A DNA stretch of 26,895 bases from Candidatus Aegiribacteria sp. (lineage in GTDB: Bacteria; Fermentibacterota; Fermentibacteria; Fermentibacterales; JCC-6): positions 1 through 26,895 of the forward strand of contig JAWOBF010000119.1 of the NCBI GenBank assembly GCA_046498225.1. The letters are read 5' to 3'. The translations under genes and the position numbers were made by a program. Below the pieces are notes generated by a model, which did not search any database, was not told where the DNA came from, and saw nothing but the letters and a program-made list of their open reading frames with translations. Below, piece after piece: positions 25,877 through 26,895 of the stretch; the first letter of the stretch is position 1, and each line of letters opens with the position of its first letter.

Positions 25877-26895
25877 TCAGAGCTTCAGCATCGTCACGGT
25901 GTGCCGCACTTCTTCCGTGGTCAGCCTGCAGAAGTAGATGCCAGAGGGAGGATCGTTCCCGGCGAAGGTACCGCCGTCCCAGGTGAAGCTGTGTATACCT
26001 TCGGGCAGATGTTCTCCGGCGATTATCGTTCTCACGAGCCTTCCGGAGAAGTCCAGGACCTCGAGGCTGACCTCGGATGCGCTTGAAAGGGTGAACCGGA
26101 TGGAGGTACCCGAGGTGAAGGGGTTGGGAGAATTCTGATGGAGCATAGCGACTTCCATCGGAGTGCCTTCCGGTTCCACCGAAGCCGGGTCGTAGACCGA
26201 CAGGACGAACTCAGGATGATCTATGTAAGGGTTCCTGTTGTCCTGGATGGCGTATACGGCTTCGTTCCTCTCGGTTTCCTTATCGCTGACCGGGTCCTGC
26301 AGGTGCCAGCAGATGAGCATTTCCTCTGCCCACGGGTAGAGGACCGCCCCGTTCGTCATGGGGCTTCCCGGCCACCCTGAGTCCTCGCCCAGGTATCTTG
26401 TGGCCATGTAGAAGTAGTTCCTGGCGAAGTCGCCCTTGTAGCCGTCTATCGGTTCGAATACCGTACCTGAGTAGCCGGGCCACGAGCAGGGACCCAGCCT
26501 GCTGCCGTTCATCGACATCCATGTGGGCGCGGTTACTTCGCCGTAGGGATAGTTGCCCCTTCTGTTGTTTACATAGATGTCACTGGGCACGATCTGGAAC
26601 AAGTCGGTGTACATGGGCAGCACCTCGCCGCCGAACCAGCTCTTGGGCCATGAGTGCTCCCGGTTGTATCCCTCGCTCTCACCGCTTGCCGATCCCCCCT
26701 GGTCATCCCCGAGTTCGTAGAGGTATGGAGGGGTTCCGCCTGGTATGTCCGAGTACATGTCCCATACATAGCCCCCGGGTAAGTCATCGGTGGTGTAGAA
26801 GGCCAGCCACACATCGTCGTAGGTAACGCAGTTATGGTCATCGATTATGTCGTGCAGCGCCTGCTGGAGCTCCGGTCCGGTCAATCCCGCCGCGG
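25877..26895 (-). CDS. Secreted endonuclease I family nuclease (EndA/Bsn-like) with C-terminal FlgD-Ig/T9SS-like sorting domain; 5' end lies outside the window
   Basis: YNREHSWPKSWF, VNNRRGNYPYG, FEP.D.YKGDFARNYFYMATRY, W...DPVS..E..RN and QDNRNPYIDHPE. The tail reads LHQNSPNPF...SGRLVRT...WDG...PSGIYFCRL. The frame stays open to the window edge. Confidence 0.88.
   Translation of the reverse strand, partial: AAGLTGPELQQALHDIIDDHNCVTYDDVWLAFYTTDDLPGGYVWDMYSDIPGGTPPYLYELGDDQGGSASGESEGYNREHSWPKSWFGGEVLPMYTDLFQIVPSDIYVNNRRGNYPYGEVTAPTWMSMNGSRLGPCSWPGYSGTVFEPIDGYKGDFARNYFYMATRYLGEDSGWPGSPMTNGAVLYPWAEEMLICWHLQDPVSDKETERNEAVYAIQDNRNPYIDHPEFVLSVYDPASVEPEGTPMEVAMLHQNSPNPFTSGTSIRFTLSSASEVSLEVLDFSGRLVRTIIAGEHLPEGIHSFTWDGGTFAGNDPPSGIYFCRLTTEEVRHTVTMLKL

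Overview
GC-rich, densely coded bacterial window with no rRNA, tRNA, CRISPR array or mobile element that I can recognise. It is probably from a diderm FCB-group lineage such as Ca. Fermentibacteria; this is an inference from a FlgD-Ig/T9SS-like sorting tail and a PorV/FadL-like barrel. Left to right: partial mscS-like gene and an outer-membrane barrel (-); HAD-IIIA phosphatase, degenerate-DEDDh/GIY-YIG nuclease and saccharopine-dehydrogenase-like enzyme (+); a TetR-led six-gene LolA-like/ABC/barrel operon with a likely operator palindrome (-); an operon of GT4, aspartate kinase, uppP and two paralogous TPR-plus-barrel proteins (+); an OtsB1-like HAD/T6PP/GH65 triple fusion followed by a baeRF (Balon-like) gene, behind a very AT-rich upstream block (-); a second ABC pair with a near-consensus sigma70 promoter (-); and a partial secreted endonuclease I (-). 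Best candidates for follow-up: the OtsB1-like plus baeRF pair as a possible trehalose/ribosome-hibernation dormancy module, the tandem TPR-barrel pair, the pseudo-exonuclease/GIY-YIG fusion, and an aspartate kinase with altered nucleotide-site motifs. All family calls rest on motif recognition by eye; no database search was run.
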